A stretch of DNA of 64,000 nucleotides, taken from contig CAVYIM010000004.1 of assembly GCA_963768655.1 (NCBI GenBank), positions 767,784 through 831,783 on the forward strand, given 5' to 3'. Origin of the DNA: an uncultured Chloroflexia bacterium. GTDB taxonomy: Bacteria > Chloroflexota > Limnocylindria > Limnocylindrales > CSP1-4. The notes under the pieces were generated by a model. That model was not told the DNA's origin and made no database searches. It saw only the letters and a program-made list of their open reading frames with translations. Both the position numbers and the translations under genes were made by a program. Below are positions 37,764-49,110 of this stretch, piece after piece. Within the stretch, counting starts at the first letter, position 1. Each line of letters opens with the position of its first letter.

Positions 37764-38753
37764 CTACGCCGTCAGCCCGGGCAGCACCTCGCGGCCGAAG
37801 AGGTCGATCCAGGCCGCCTGGTTTCGGCCGACGTTGTGCAGGTAGATCTGGTCGAAGCCCAGGTCGAGGAACTTCTGGATCTCGCGGCGGTGGACCTCGG
37901 GGTCGGCCGACATCAGCATCCTGCCGCTGAAGTCCTCGGGCCGGACGAGGCTCGCCATCTGCTCGAAGTCCTTGGGCGAACGGACGTCCTGCTTGGGGAA
38001 CCGCATCCCGCCGTTTGGCCATTCGGCGACGGCGTTCGCCACCGCCTCGGCGTCCGTTTCGGCCCAGGAGAGGTGGAGCTGCAGGATCTTCGGCATCGTC
38101 GCCGGATCCTTGCCGGCCTCGCGCGCTCCTTCGGCGAACTTCGCGAAGATGCCGTCGATCTTCTCCTCGGGGGCGCCGACGGTGATGATGCCGTCCGCGA
38201 ACTGCCCCGTCCGCTTCGCGGTCACGGGACCGGCCGTGGCGATGTAGATGGGCACTGGCTTCTCCGGCAGGGTCCAGAGGCGGCAGGTCTCCATCTTGAA
38301 GAAGCGGCCGTCGTGCTTGACCTCTTTGCCGCCGAAGAGCTTGGAGATGATCTCGATCGCCTCGAACATGCGGTTGATCCGCTCCGGCGCTTCCGGCCAG
38401 TAGCCGGCGACGACGTGCTCGTTGAGGGCCTCGCCCGACCCGAGGCCGAGCCACGTTCGGCCGGGGTACATGACCTCGAGCGTGGCCGCCGCCTGGGCCA
38501 CGATGGCCGGGTGCATCCGGAACGACGGGCACGTCACGCCCGGTCCAAGGTCGCCCCTGGTGCGTGCTCCGGCGACCGCCAGCACCTCCCACACGAACGA
38601 GGCCTGGCCCTGACGCGGTACCCATGGCTGGAAATGGTCGGCGGCCATGACGCCGGAAAAACCGGCCGCATCTGCCCGGGCGCAGAGATCGAGGATCTCA
38701 GCCGGCCCGAACTGCTCCAGCATCGCCGCGTAGCCGATCTTCGCCTGCGCCAT
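37764..38753 (-). CDS. F420-dependent LLM oxidoreductase (TIGR03557/G6PDH-like family)
   Basis: GYAAMLEQFGP, AADHFQPW, GVTCP..RMHPAIVAQAAATL, GLGSGEALNEH. Confidence 0.9.
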   Translation of the reverse strand: MAQAKIGYAAMLEQFGPAEILDLCARADAAGFSGVMAADHFQPWVPRQGQASFVWEVLAVAGARTRGDLGPGVTCPSFRMHPAIVAQAAATLEVMYPGRTWLGLGSGEALNEHVVAGYWPEAPERINRMFEAIEIISKLFGGKEVKHDGRFFKMETCRLWTLPEKPVPIYIATAGPVTAKRTGQFADGIITVGAPEEKIDGIFAKFAEGAREAGKDPATMPKILQLHLSWAETDAEAVANAVAEWPNGGMRFPKQDVRSPKDFEQMASLVRPEDFSGRMLMSADPEVHRREIQKFLDLGFDQIYLHNVGRNQAAWIDLFGREVLPGLTA

Positions 38754-38792
38754 CTCGTCTCCTTCGCTCGATCGCTCCGCTCGATCGCCTCG

Positions 38793-39233
38793 CTAGTCGC
38801 CTGAGAGCCGCTCAAACACCAGGCTCGGACGAAGCCGAAAGGTCACCCGCCGCTCGGTTGCGAATCCGGCGATCTGCCTCTCCGCCGCTTCCTTGTTCGG
38901 GTGGTAGCGGCGAGTCAGCTCGGCAATCACCGCCTGACCGTTCGCCGGGTCCTCATCGATCTCGACTTCGCCGCGCAGGTCGATGTAGTCGTAGCCGTCC
39001 GCAACGGTGATCGAGACCCGCCTGTCGCGCATGAGGTTGTTCGGCCAGTGACGTCCGACGCGGCTGTTGAAGACGATCACGTCGCCTTCGAGCCGGTACC
39101 AGACGACCGCCTGCAGCGGGCTGCCGTCGGGGTTGAGGGTGGCCACGACGGCGAACCTCGGCGCCTGCAGGAATCGGCGGGCAGCCGCCGAAAGAGTGGG
39201 GGAGGGCGGTGTTGACATATCGAATGCGGTCAT
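38793..39233 (-). CDS. PPOX-class (split-barrel) F420-dependent oxidoreductase
   Basis: FAVVATLNPDGSP...VWY...NL.RD.RVSITV. Confidence 0.88.
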   Translation of the reverse strand: MTAFDMSTPPSPTLSAAARRFLQAPRFAVVATLNPDGSPLQAVVWYRLEGDVIVFNSRVGRHWPNNLMRDRRVSITVADGYDYIDLRGEVEIDEDPANGQAVIAELTRRYHPNKEAAERQIAGFATERRVTFRLRPSLVFERLSGD

Positions 39234-39330
39234 CCGTCTCGCGAGATGCGTGGCTTGCGTCGCCCCGATGGTAGCGCCGACCGCCTTCGGTCGTACGGAT
39301 CTCGCCGAGGATGCTTCCCTCGTGCCGACG

Positions 39331-40494
39331 CTAGTGACCCGAAGCCACTCGCGGGCGGACAGCCCCGTCCCAGCCGGACGCCGTGGAAATGACCAGCGTC
39401 AGATCGTCGGCATCGCGCAGGTGCCGCGGCTGATCGGGGGTGATGGACGACCGACCGAGCAGGTAGCCCTGTCCGAAGTCGACCTCTCGATCCTGCAGAG
39501 CCAGCAGGTCCTTGCGGTTCTCGATCCCCTCGGCGATGGTCTGGGCGCCGATTCGGCGGCTGAACGAGACGAACGCCTCGACCAGGGCCTTCTTCGCCTC
39601 GGCGTCCTTGTTGCCGATGCCCTGGACGATCTCCTTGTCGATCTTGATGATCGAGGGCTCCAGCGCGGCGATGACGGTGAAGCTTGCGTAGCCGGCGCCG
39701 GCGTCGTCGATGGCGTAGCCGAAACCGAGCCGCCGGAGGGCGCGCACCTGCTTCTTGAGGCGAGGCACGTCCTGGACGGCCTGCTGCTCGGTGCACTCGA
39801 CGATTATCTGACTGGGCGACAGGCCGACCGTTCGAACCCGGTCGGCGAACGCCTCGGCCTCGAAGGACGGGGCCAGCAGGCTGGTCGGCAGGAAATTGAC
39901 CCCGAACCGCATGTGCCTTCCGGCGGGACCCGGTTCGACCACCTCGGCGATCCGATGCAGCGTTGCGTCGACGATGAAAGTGTCGAAATCGACCGGCCGG
40001 TTGGACTTGAGAGCCGCGTCCACGACCTCGGCGATGGACAGGGATCCCATCCCGGGGCTCAGGCGGAACAGGCACTCCCATTCGTCCGCCCTCAACGTCC
40101 CGAGGTCCACGATCGGCTGGAACTCGACGTGGTGCTCGTGGCAGGCGAAGAACAGGGACATCACCTTGCGGCTGGCGATCTCGGGCGTCTCGCCCATGCC
40201 GATCTTGTCGCCCAGGCCCGAGATCTGGACCGCGTGCCCGAGGGCGACGATGTAGCGCTCCATCGGCGACTCGGCAGGATCCACGTCCGCCAGGCCGCAG
40301 GCAACGTCAGGAGCGAGACGAGCGAGCAGTTCCTCGGTCAGGTCACTCGCGGCCGCGATGACACACCAGCCCGAGTCCGCGAGTGGGATCACTCGGGCTT
40401 TGGACAGCTGCTGGTTCAGCTGCGACGCGAGTCGACTGTCACGAGTCCACAGAAGCCGCTCGACCGCCCCATGCCGAGTTCTGAAGAGCCGCAC
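39331..40494 (-). CDS. EAL-domain c-di-GMP phosphodiesterase with an unknown N-terminal region
   Basis: FQPIV, ECLFR, GVNF, VECTE, IDDAGAGYAS, IKID, AEGIE, GQGYLL; catalytic residues appear intact; start uncertain. Confidence 0.9.
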   Translation of the reverse strand: MRLFRTRHGAVERLLWTRDSRLASQLNQQLSKARVIPLADSGWCVIAAASDLTEELLARLAPDVACGLADVDPAESPMERYIVALGHAVQISGLGDKIGMGETPEIASRKVMSLFFACHEHHVEFQPIVDLGTLRADEWECLFRLSPGMGSLSIAEVVDAALKSNRPVDFDTFIVDATLHRIAEVVEPGPAGRHMRFGVNFLPTSLLAPSFEAEAFADRVRTVGLSPSQIIVECTEQQAVQDVPRLKKQVRALRRLGFGYAIDDAGAGYASFTVIAALEPSIIKIDKEIVQGIGNKDAEAKKALVEAFVSFSRRIGAQTIAEGIENRKDLLALQDREVDFGQGYLLGRSSITPDQPRHLRDADDLTLVISTASGWDGAVRPRVASGH

Positions 40495-41015
40495 GCTGAT
40501 TCCTCGTCTACCTACGACCCTCATGGCGGGCACCTTGGCCGGGAGACGGAACCGGCCAAATGAGGGTCAAGAAGGTCTCATCTTGGCTCTACCTTGCGCC
40601 AGTCCTAGCAACCACTGGTACGGGGCATCGCCTGGGACATCGGTACCATACGATGAATTCGACGCTTCGAACACATCGTGCGTGCATATGTATCCCAGGT
40701 TTTCCACCGTTTGTCCACACGTAACCTCACAGAATCCGTCCCGACTCGCCTTAACCGTCCGAAGACACGCGCCGATTCCGTTGCGTCAGGTCGACGCGTT
40801 CACGGTTTGTCAATACGCAGGTAATCCAGGCGGAGCCTTCTCCGCCGCGTGTTGGGCCTCGAGACACGGATTCTCGGCGGTCCACGGCGGAGATCAGACA
40901 CCGGCGGACGGGCCATGCCCGGCGGCCAGGAGGTCGCGACCGGGTGCGGCGAACTGGCGCGCGAGCGGACCAGAGTAGACTCGATCGAGCCACCCAAGCC
41001 CAGCTGGAGCAAACG

Positions 41016-41762
41016 ATGCCGCAGATCCATCTCCGCGCCGAGGCCGATGATTACGCCCCGCTCGTGCTGCTCCCCGGCGACCCCAACCGGGCCACTTGGA
41101 TCGCCGAGAAGTTCGACGGCGGCCCCGGAGCCGCCCGTCAGGTTACGTCGCATCGTGGCCTGCTCGGCTACACCGGAACCTACAAGGGCGTCCCGGTGAG
41201 CGTCCAGACCAGCGGCATGGGCGCGCCGAGCATGGCGATCGTGGTCGAGGAGCTTCTCCGGCTCGGCGCCCGACGCCTGATCCGCGTCGGGACGTGCGGT
41301 GGCATCGGGCCCGGGATCAAGACCGGCGAGATCGTGATCGCGTCGTCGGCCGCGCCGGTCGACGGCGCCACCAGGACCTACCTCCACGGCGACGCTTACG
41401 CGCCTGCGGCCGACTTCGGCCTGGTCCGGGCGCTCACGGAAACGGCCGAGCGTCGCGGTCAGAAGCCCCACGTCGGCCAGGTCGCGACGGTCGACGTCTT
41501 CTACAACCCCGACCCGGACTACTTCTCCAAGTGGCGCGGCCGGGGTGTCCTCGCCTTCGAGATGGAGACCTCAGTTCTGTACTACCTGGTGTCGCGGGCG
41601 AAGGCGGCCGGGGCGACCGCGGCCGCGGCCACGATCCTGACAGTAAGCGACGTGCTTTCCGAAGAGGTCACGTCCGAGGAGTCCTACCTGCCGCTCGCCG
41701 AACTGAACCGATCGATCGAGAGGACGATCGAAATCGCCCTCGACGCGGGGATTTCGGCTTGA
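41016..41762 (+). CDS. deoD: Purine nucleoside phosphorylase (DeoD type)
   Basis: LLPGDPNRA, RGLLGYTG, GMGAPS, IRVGTCG, FEMETS. Confidence 0.9.
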   Translation: MPQIHLRAEADDYAPLVLLPGDPNRATWIAEKFDGGPGAARQVTSHRGLLGYTGTYKGVPVSVQTSGMGAPSMAIVVEELLRLGARRLIRVGTCGGIGPGIKTGEIVIASSAAPVDGATRTYLHGDAYAPAADFGLVRALTETAERRGQKPHVGQVATVDVFYNPDPDYFSKWRGRGVLAFEMETSVLYYLVSRAKAAGATAAAATILTVSDVLSEEVTSEESYLPLAELNRSIERTIEIALDAGISA

Positions 41763-42601
41763 TGGCGGCTCCGTCCGCGCAGGTCCGGGCCGAGGGGCGC
41801 GATCTCGGGCGGTCGGCGGCGTTCGGCCCCGAGCTCACGCTTGCGATCGAGCTTGCCCACCAGGCAGGCCGGATCCAGATGGACCGGTACGAGCGATTGG
41901 AACGCGTCGAGGCCAAGGGGCCGCGCGACGTCGTGACCGAGGTGGACCACCTGTGCGAGGCGCTGGTCATGGAAGCCGTCCGGGCGCGGTACCCGGACGA
42001 CGCCTTCTACGCCGAGGAGATCGGCGAAGTGGCGGCTTCGGGCGAGGGGAAGTCCGGCCGAGTCTGGATAGTCGACCCGCTCGACGGCACGATCAACTAC
42101 GCCAACGGCATCCCGTTCTTCTGTATCTCGATTGCCCTCGTCGCGGCCGGCAGGCCGGTCGTCGGCGTCGTGTACGACCCGGCGCGCGACGAGACCTTCG
42201 CGAGCTCGATCGACGGACCGTCGCTGCGAAACGGCGAACCGATTCAGGTCGGCCACAAGGAGCTGCTCGCGGACCTGGTCGTGACTCTGGCCGTCGGGGG
42301 ACGGGGTACGGTTCGCAAGCGGCGCGACGCTCTCAAGAGCGTTCGGGCGAACCGATCGATGGGGTCGGCGGCCCTGACCCTCGCGTACGTTGCCTGCGGT
42401 CGCTTCGACGTCTACGCCCAGGGCGCCGGGATATCCGCCTGGGACGTTGCCGCTGCGGGGCTGATCGCGGAGCGGGCCGGGGCGACGGTTACGAGCCTCG
42501 ACGGCGGGCCCTGGTTCGATCTCGCGCGGCCGGCCAGAAAGTGGTCCTGCCTCGCGGCCGCGCCCGACCACCACGTCGCCGTGCTGGGCATGCTCAGGTA
42601 G
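41762..42601 (+). CDS. Inositol monophosphatase family protein
   Basis: DVVTEVD, WIVDPLDGTINY, GSAAL, WDVAAAGLI. Confidence 0.92.
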   Translation: MAAPSAQVRAEGRDLGRSAAFGPELTLAIELAHQAGRIQMDRYERLERVEAKGPRDVVTEVDHLCEALVMEAVRARYPDDAFYAEEIGEVAASGEGKSGRVWIVDPLDGTINYANGIPFFCISIALVAAGRPVVGVVYDPARDETFASSIDGPSLRNGEPIQVGHKELLADLVVTLAVGGRGTVRKRRDALKSVRANRSMGSAALTLAYVACGRFDVYAQGAGISAWDVAAAGLIAERAGATVTSLDGGPWFDLARPARKWSCLAAAPDHHVAVLGMLR

Positions 42602-42640
42602 CGCGACCGTCGTTCGAGAGCCCACCTCGACGATAGGGCG

Positions 42641-43522
42641 TCAGTCCTGCCAGAGGTGCGGTCGTTCGGCCAGCGCCCTCGAGCCAAGCTCTGCGCACAG
42701 AGCCAGGAACGGGCCCCGTCGCGCCCCGCCCCAGCGCAGCTCGTCCGGGTCGGTCTGGGGGAGCGGCACGTCCAGGCGAAGCGTCGCCAGGCGCCGGTAG
42801 AGCAGGGCCTCGTCCCAGCGCGCTCGCAGGGTGGCGTTGAGGCCGGCGCCCGATCGCACGTCCACGTGCCAATCGCCCACCGCCGCCGGGATCGCCTCGA
42901 GGTGCCCGAACCGGGCCAGCACCGCGGCCGCCGAACGCGCCCCCCAGCCGGGCAGGCCTGGAAAGCCGTCCGCCGCATCGCCGACCAGGGCCAGGTAGTC
43001 TGGGATCGAGTCGGGCGACACGCCCCATCGCTCTCGAACGCCCGCCTCGTCGATCGTGCGCTCGCGCCGCCGGTCGCGCATGACCACTCGCTGGCCACGG
43101 ACGCATTGGGCGAGATCCTTGTCCGGCGTGCAGATCCAGATCCGTTCGAGCCCGGGACGGTCGCCCCATCGGGCGGCGGCGCTCGCCAGGGCGTCATCGG
43201 CCTCGAATTCGACCATCGGCCAGACGACGAGCCCGAGAGCCTCGATTGCCCGCTCGGCCAGGGGAAACTGCGCCAGCAGTTCGACCGGAACGCCGGCCTC
43301 GGTCTTGTAGCCCCCGTACAGCTCGTTGCGGAATGAGCGAATGACGTGGTCGGTGGCACAGCCGACGTGCGTCGCTCCTTCGTCACGGAGCAGCGCCAGG
43401 AGGGTGAACATCAGGCCCGTGACCGCCCCGACGTCCCGCCCGTCCGGGGCGCGGACCGGGGGGCGCGGGCTGTAGTGGGCTCGAAACAGCTCGTAGGTGG
43501 CGTCGACGAGATGGATCTGCAC
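42641..43522 (-). CDS. Stand-alone 5'-3' exonuclease / flap endonuclease
   Basis: LVDATYELFRAHY, FRNELY.GYK, FEADD, DKDLAQ, LALVGD.ADG.PG.PGWG. Confidence 0.92.
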   Translation of the reverse strand: MQIHLVDATYELFRAHYSPRPPVRAPDGRDVGAVTGLMFTLLALLRDEGATHVGCATDHVIRSFRNELYGGYKTEAGVPVELLAQFPLAERAIEALGLVVWPMVEFEADDALASAAARWGDRPGLERIWICTPDKDLAQCVRGQRVVMRDRRRERTIDEAGVRERWGVSPDSIPDYLALVGDAADGFPGLPGWGARSAAAVLARFGHLEAIPAAVGDWHVDVRSGAGLNATLRARWDEALLYRRLATLRLDVPLPQTDPDELRWGGARRGPFLALCAELGSRALAERPHLWQD

Positions 43523-43531
43523 CGGGAAGCT

Positions 43532-44191
43532 TCAGCGCCCTGCCGCTCGATCGCCCACGAGGGTGACCCCTGCCGCGGCGAGCTCGTCCAGGGCGCGCCG
43601 GCCATCGTCGGGCGCGAGATCCACGGCTCGAACCGCATCGAGCAGCACGGCCGTCTCGTAGCCCAGCCGCACGGCGTCGAGGGCCGTGGCCTTGACGCAG
43701 TAGTCCGTGGCCAGACCGCAGATCACGAGACGCTTGGCTCCGCCGCGGGCCAGCGTGGCGTCGAGCTCCGTCGGGATCGGATGACCGCCCGCCGGGTTCC
43801 GCATCGAGAAGCCCGAATACCCGTCTTCGCCGTGAGCGCCCTTGCGAACGATCGGCCCACGCACGGACAACTTGGGATGAAGCTGCGCGCCCCACGTTTC
43901 CTGGACGCAGTGGGCGGGCCAGATGCCTCCGTCGCCGGCAAAGTGGGGAGTGTGAGCCGGATGCCAGTCCTGCGTGTACACGACCGCTCCGCCGGCCTCG
44001 AGCGCTCGCTCGACTTCCGCGTTGACCAGCGGAACGATCTCCGCGCCGCCCTTGACGTAGAGACTGCCGGCGGGATCGGCGAAGTCGTTCTGGACATCCA
44101 CGACGACCAGCCCGACGAGCGGGCCGTACCGCGAGTCCGGATCTTCCACCGGCCACCGGCCATGCTGCGGAGATCCCCAGCTGTTCGACAT
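43532..44191 (-). CDS. pncA: Nicotinamidase/pyrazinamidase
   Basis: VVVDVQNDF, TQDWHP, WPAHCVQ, RKG...YSGF, GLATDYCVKATA. Confidence 0.9.
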   Translation of the reverse strand: MSNSWGSPQHGRWPVEDPDSRYGPLVGLVVVDVQNDFADPAGSLYVKGGAEIVPLVNAEVERALEAGGAVVYTQDWHPAHTPHFAGDGGIWPAHCVQETWGAQLHPKLSVRGPIVRKGAHGEDGYSGFSMRNPAGGHPIPTELDATLARGGAKRLVICGLATDYCVKATALDAVRLGYETAVLLDAVRAVDLAPDDGRRALDELAAAGVTLVGDRAAGR

Positions 44192-44464
44192 CTCCCTGCT
44201 GACCTCCTGCTCCGAGGGCGATCCCGAAGCTCATCTGGCGCGCCGAACTAACGCGACCATCAGGGTTTGTACGCGATGCTGATCGAACCCGCAAGCCGCA
44301 GATTTGGCGTTGCGCGGCGTCCGGACAGCTCGATCCCACTGCAACGAGGCTGCAATGGCCGTGCGTTCGAGCAGGACGCGCTCGGAAGGTCACCCTCGCT
44401 AGGATCTTGTCAGTGCCATTGGGCGACAGTGACTAACACGGAGACGCCGGTGACGGGGCGTCTT

Positions 44465-45271
44465 CTAAGTAAGCAAGCGGCCTGGGTCCCCCTCCCCGGG
44501 CCGCTTGTCTCGTTTGTGGGCAGAGACACTGCCGTCGCGCGATGCGTGAACGGCATCCCCGAGAAGACCCTCGGTTCTGGAGCCGTCAACGTCGAGCAGG
44601 TAGCCGATGCCCTGGAACGTCTTGATCCGGCCCGGCTCGCCCGGCTTGGCGCCGAGCTTGCGCCTGACGCGACTGACCCAGACCCGCAGGTACTGCAGGT
44701 CGTCGCGATACTCGGGACCCCACACTTTGGTCAGCAGCTCGGTGTGCAGAACCACCTTGCCGGCGTTCGTGGCCAGGTGCTGGAGCAGCAGCCACTCGGT
44801 CCGTGACAGCGCAACCAGCTCGCCGCCGCGGCTGACCTTGCGCCTCTCCAGGTCGATCTCTATGTCGTCGAAGCGAACCATGCCGCGCCCCGGCGCGACG
44901 CCCATGGCCCTGCGCAACACCGCCCGGACACGCGCCGCCAGCTCGTCCAGATCGAACGGCTTGGCGACGTAGTCGTCCGCCCCGAGGTCCAGCCCCTTGG
45001 CCTTGTCCGACGTGGAGCCCCTGGCGGTGAGCAGGATCACCGGAACGGGCCGGCGCTCGCGCAGCTGGCGCATGACCTCGATGCCGTCGATGCCCGGCAT
45101 GACGATGTCGAGGAGGATGATGTCCGGCCGGACCTCCTCAGCCTTCCGCAGAGCCTCCTCGCCTCCGGAGGCGGTGACGACACGGAAACCCTCGGCGTTC
45201 AGGGCCAGGGATACCAGCTTGGTGATTCGTGGCTCATCGTCGGCCACCAGAACCAGAGGTTGAGTACTCAC
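44465..45271 (-). CDS. Orphan OmpR/KdpE-like response regulator
   Basis: ADDEP, LLDIVMPG.DG, GADDYVAKPF, LLTKVWGPEY..DLQYLRVWVSRVRRKL..TFQGIGY. Confidence 0.93.
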   Translation of the reverse strand: MSTQPLVLVADDEPRITKLVSLALNAEGFRVVTASGGEEALRKAEEVRPDIILLDIVMPGIDGIEVMRQLRERRPVPVILLTARGSTSDKAKGLDLGADDYVAKPFDLDELAARVRAVLRRAMGVAPGRGMVRFDDIEIDLERRKVSRGGELVALSRTEWLLLQHLATNAGKVVLHTELLTKVWGPEYRDDLQYLRVWVSRVRRKLGAKPGEPGRIKTFQGIGYLLDVDGSRTEGLLGDAVHASRDGSVSAHKRDKRPGEGDPGRLLT

Positions 45272-45632
45272 GGCTCTCTCTGTTTGTTGTGATCGGCGAT
45301 GGGCGGTCCGACGGCGCCCAGGCTCATTGTCCAGGGTGCACGGCTACTTTGCACCGATTCCGCGCTCAACGCGAGACTCAGCCGGCGGCAGCGGGCCGGC
45401 CGCGGTGGGGCGCAGCGGCGCGGGGCTGGCCGCGGCGGGGCCTGGTCGGGCGCAGCGGCACCCTGGGCGCCCAGCGCCCCGGCGTCGGGCGGGCGGGCCG
45501 GCCGCCGTTCTCGTGGCCGGTCCGGCCACCTACCCGAACGACGCCCGGCGCTCAATCGGCTACCCTGGGGCTCAGGTATCTCGCGGCGCGGGCGCTTGCC
45601 CCGCGACAGTGGGCCTGGAGACGCAGCCGGCG

Positions 45633-48381
45633 ATGTACTTCGATCAGTTCAAGCAGCAGCTCGCCCGACACGGATCCTGCCGAGACGCAGGAATGGCTCG
45701 ACGCGCTCGACCAGATCCATTCCCAGGAGGGCGACGAACGCGCCCGATTCGTCCTGTACAAGCTGCTCAAGCGGTCGCGCCAGCTTCACGTCGGGCTGCC
45801 GCCGCTGACTCAAACCCGCTACATCAACACCATCAGCCCGGAGCAGGAGCCCTTCTTCCCAGGCGACGAGGAGTTGGAGCGTCGCATCCGCCGGCTGATC
45901 CGCTGGAACGCCGTGGCGATGGTCATGCGGGCCAATGAGCGGTTCCCCGGCATCGGAGGGCACCTGGCAACCTACGCCAGCGCCGCCACGCTGTACGAGG
46001 TCGGCTTCAACCATTTCTTCCGCGGCAAGGACGGCGGCGTTTCGGGCGACCAGATCTTCTTCCAGGGTCACGCGGCCCCCGGCATATATGCCCGGGCATT
46101 TCTGGAGGGCCGGCTCACCGAGGCAAACCTGGACCACTTCCGCCAGGAGGCTCTTTCCGGCGGCGTCGGTCTGCCGAGCTACCCGCACCCGCGCACGCTG
46201 CCGGACTTCTGGGAGTTCCCGACGGTTTCGATGGGCCTGGGCCCGCTGGCAGCCGTCTACCAGGCGCGGCTCAACCGCTACCTCGCCAACCGTGGCCTGG
46301 CGGACACGTCGGCCAGTCGTGTCTGGGCCTTCCTTGGCGACGGCGAGATGGACGAGCCTGAGGCGCTGGCCGGCATCTCGCTGGCCGCTCGGGAGGGCCT
46401 CGACAACCTGACCTTCGTCATCAACTGCAACCTGCAGCGGCTCGACGGGCCGGTCCGTGGCAACGGCAAGATCATCCAGGAGCTCGAAGGCCTCTTCCGC
46501 GGCGCCGGCTGGAACGTCATCAAGGTCATCTGGGGCCGCGAATGGGACGACCTCCTGGCGCGCGATGTCGACGGGCTGCTGGTCAACAAGATGAACGACC
46601 TGCTCGACGGCGATTTCCAGAAGTTCTCCGTTTCCGGCGGGGCCTACATTCGCGAGCACTTCTTTGGGCCGGACGAGCGGCTGCGCCGACTGGCGGAGAA
46701 CCTGACCGACGACGAGCTGGCCCGGCTGCGGCGGGGCGGGCACGACTACCGCAAGGTCTACGCCGCCTACCGCGCCGCGACCGAGTACCGCGGTGCCCCG
46801 ACCGTCGTCCTGGCCAAGACGATCAAGGGCTGGGCTCTCGGCCCCGGCGTGGAGGGGCGCAACATCACGCACCAGGCCAAGAAGCTGTCCGAGGCGGAGC
46901 TGCGCGTCTTCCGCGACCGCCTCGAGCTGCCGATCCCAGATTCGAAGCTCAAGGAAGCGCCGTACTATCACCCCGGCCCGGACTCAGCTGAGATCCGGTA
47001 CATGATCGAGCGGCGCCGGGCCCTGGGCGGGTTCGTGCCGCGCCGCGTGGTCCGGGTGAAGGCGCTGCCGGCGCCGCGCCCCGAGGTGGACGCCGAGTTC
47101 GCCTCCGGCTCGGAGATGGCCGTAAGCACCACGATGGCCTTTGGGCGGCTGCTGCGCAACCTGATCCGCGATCCGCAGCTTGGGCCGCGAATCGTGCCGA
47201 TCGTGCCCGACGAGGCGCGCACCTTCGGCCTCGATCCTCTTTTCAAGGAAGTGGGCATCTACGCCGCGCTGGGACAGCGTTACGAGCCGGTGGATTCGGA
47301 TCTCGTGCTCAGCTACCGCGAAGCCACGACCGGGCAGGTGCTGGAGGAGGGGATCACCGAGGCGGGCGCCGTGGCGTCGCTCCAGGCTGCGGCCACGGCC
47401 TACGCCACTCACGGCCTGAGCCTCATCCCCTTCTACATCTTCTACTCGATGTTCGGCTTCGGGCGAACCGGCGACCAGTTCTGGGCCCTGGCCGACGAGC
47501 GTGGGCGTGGTTTCGTCATGGGGGCCACGGCCGGCCGGACGACGCTGATGGGCGAGGGGCTCCAGCACGACGACGGTCATTCGCACGTGCTCGCCTCCGT
47601 CATCCCGAACATCCGCGCCTACGACCCGGCCTACGCGTACGAGCTGGCGGCCATCGTGCGGGAGGGGATCGACCGCATGTTCGCCCGAGGGGAGGACGTC
47701 TACTACTACATCACGCTCTACAACGAGAACTACCCGATGCCGAAGCGGGCGGCCGATCTCACGGACGAGCAGATCGTGCGGGGCATCTACCGGCTCCTGG
47801 CGGCGCCGGAGCTGGGCAAGGACATCCGCGCTCCGAATGCCGCCCGTGTGGGCGAGCGCGGAGCGCCGCCCGCGAAAGCCACGGCCGGCGCGCAGCGGGT
47901 CCGGCTCGTCGGCAGCGGCTCGATACTGCAACAGGTCGTCGCCGCCCGGCAGCTGCTCGCGGGGCGCGGCATCGCCGCCGAGGTGTACAGCGCCACGTCC
48001 TTCCAGCAACTCCGGGCCGACGGCCTGGCCGCCGACCGGTGGAACCGGCTCCACCCCGACGCCGCGCCGCGCGTGCCGATCGTCGCCCAGGTTCTCCCGG
48101 ACGGCGACCCGGTCGTGATCGCCACGGACTGGATTCGGGCATACCCGGACCTGGTGGCGCCGTGGCTGCCGGCGAACCGGCTGGTTCTCGGCACCGACGG
48201 CTTCGGCCGCTCGGATGCCCGCGACGTCTTGCGCCGGCTCTTCGAGATAGATCCACCGCACATCGCCGCGGCCGCGATCGTCGGCCTGGCTCGCTCCGGC
48301 CGGCTCTCCGGCGCGGAGGCCGCGGCCGCGATCCGTGAGCTGGGCGTCGACCCGGACGCGCCGGACCCGCGCGCTCTCTAG
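45633..48381 (+). CDS. aceE: Pyruvate dehydrogenase E1, homodimeric type (frameshift near 45663)
   Basis: MYFDQFKQQL in one frame continues as PDTDPAETQEWLD in the long ORF; YPHP, PTVSMGLG, GDGEMDE, NCNLQRLDGPV, GEGLQH. Confidence 0.95.
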
Positions 48382-49110
48382 CCCGGGCCGGCGCCGCTCG
48401 AGGCCGACTCCGTATCCGTGGCCATCGATGTAGCCCATGAGCCGGGCGCCCAGATCTCTATGACAACGGCCCCGGTCACGTTGACGACGGTCGTGGAGCC
48501 CCGCTGGATGTGCCACTCCGGGGCGGCGGCCGAGGGTGTGTGGCCGTGGAGCCAGAGCGGCGGCCGGAGGCGGTGCAGCAGCCACGAATAGCCGCGAAAG
48601 CCGCGATGGTATTCCCCGCCCGGCATGTCGCCGGCGCCGCGCGGCGGGACGTGGCTCAGCACGATGACCGGCTCGGGCCGGCCCAATCGGCGCAGGGCCA
48701 GCCGGAGCGCCTGGTTCCACGCTCCTCGTTCGCTGCGCGGGGCTCGCGGTCCCCGCTGTCCCGGCCAGGTCAGACCGGCGATCGACAGACCAGCCTCGTG
48801 GTGCACGGATGTCGATCGGATCGCGTCGGGGCAGATACGCCCGGCAGGCCTGCCAGCGGGCGTCCGAATCGTGGTTGCCCAGGACGTAGACGAGGGGTGC
48901 GTTGAAGCCGTCGGCCAGGAACGAGAGATCGTCGCAGTCCAGGTCGCCGCAGCCGACGATTAGATCGATCGGGCCCACGGCCCGGCGGCTGCGCTCGTCT
49001 TGGAGAACCGGGTCGATCTGATCCGAGACGGCCAGCAGCCGGATCGGCGCGCCGCCACGATTCCGAAAGGGGGCCGCATCAGGCCATTCGATCGACAGGT
49101 GCCTGGTCAC
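48378..49110 (-). CDS. Calcineurin-like metallophosphoesterase (frameshift near 48830)
   Basis: LAVSD, GCGDL, VLGNHD in one frame; LSHVPP, HRGF, WLHGHT, VVNV in the other. Confidence 0.88.

Noticed and set aside
40560-40990. Long intergenic region before the EAL gene as a c-di-GMP riboswitch or oriC (one TTGTCCACA)
   Set aside because: No GEMM-I/II consensus is recognisable; there is only one DnaA-box-like nonamer and no dnaA context. An Infernal search would be needed.
44198-44415. Imperfect inverted ends upstream of pncA as a mobile element or riboswitch
   Set aside because: The arms need gaps to align, there is no second copy in the window, and no known aptamer motif is visible.
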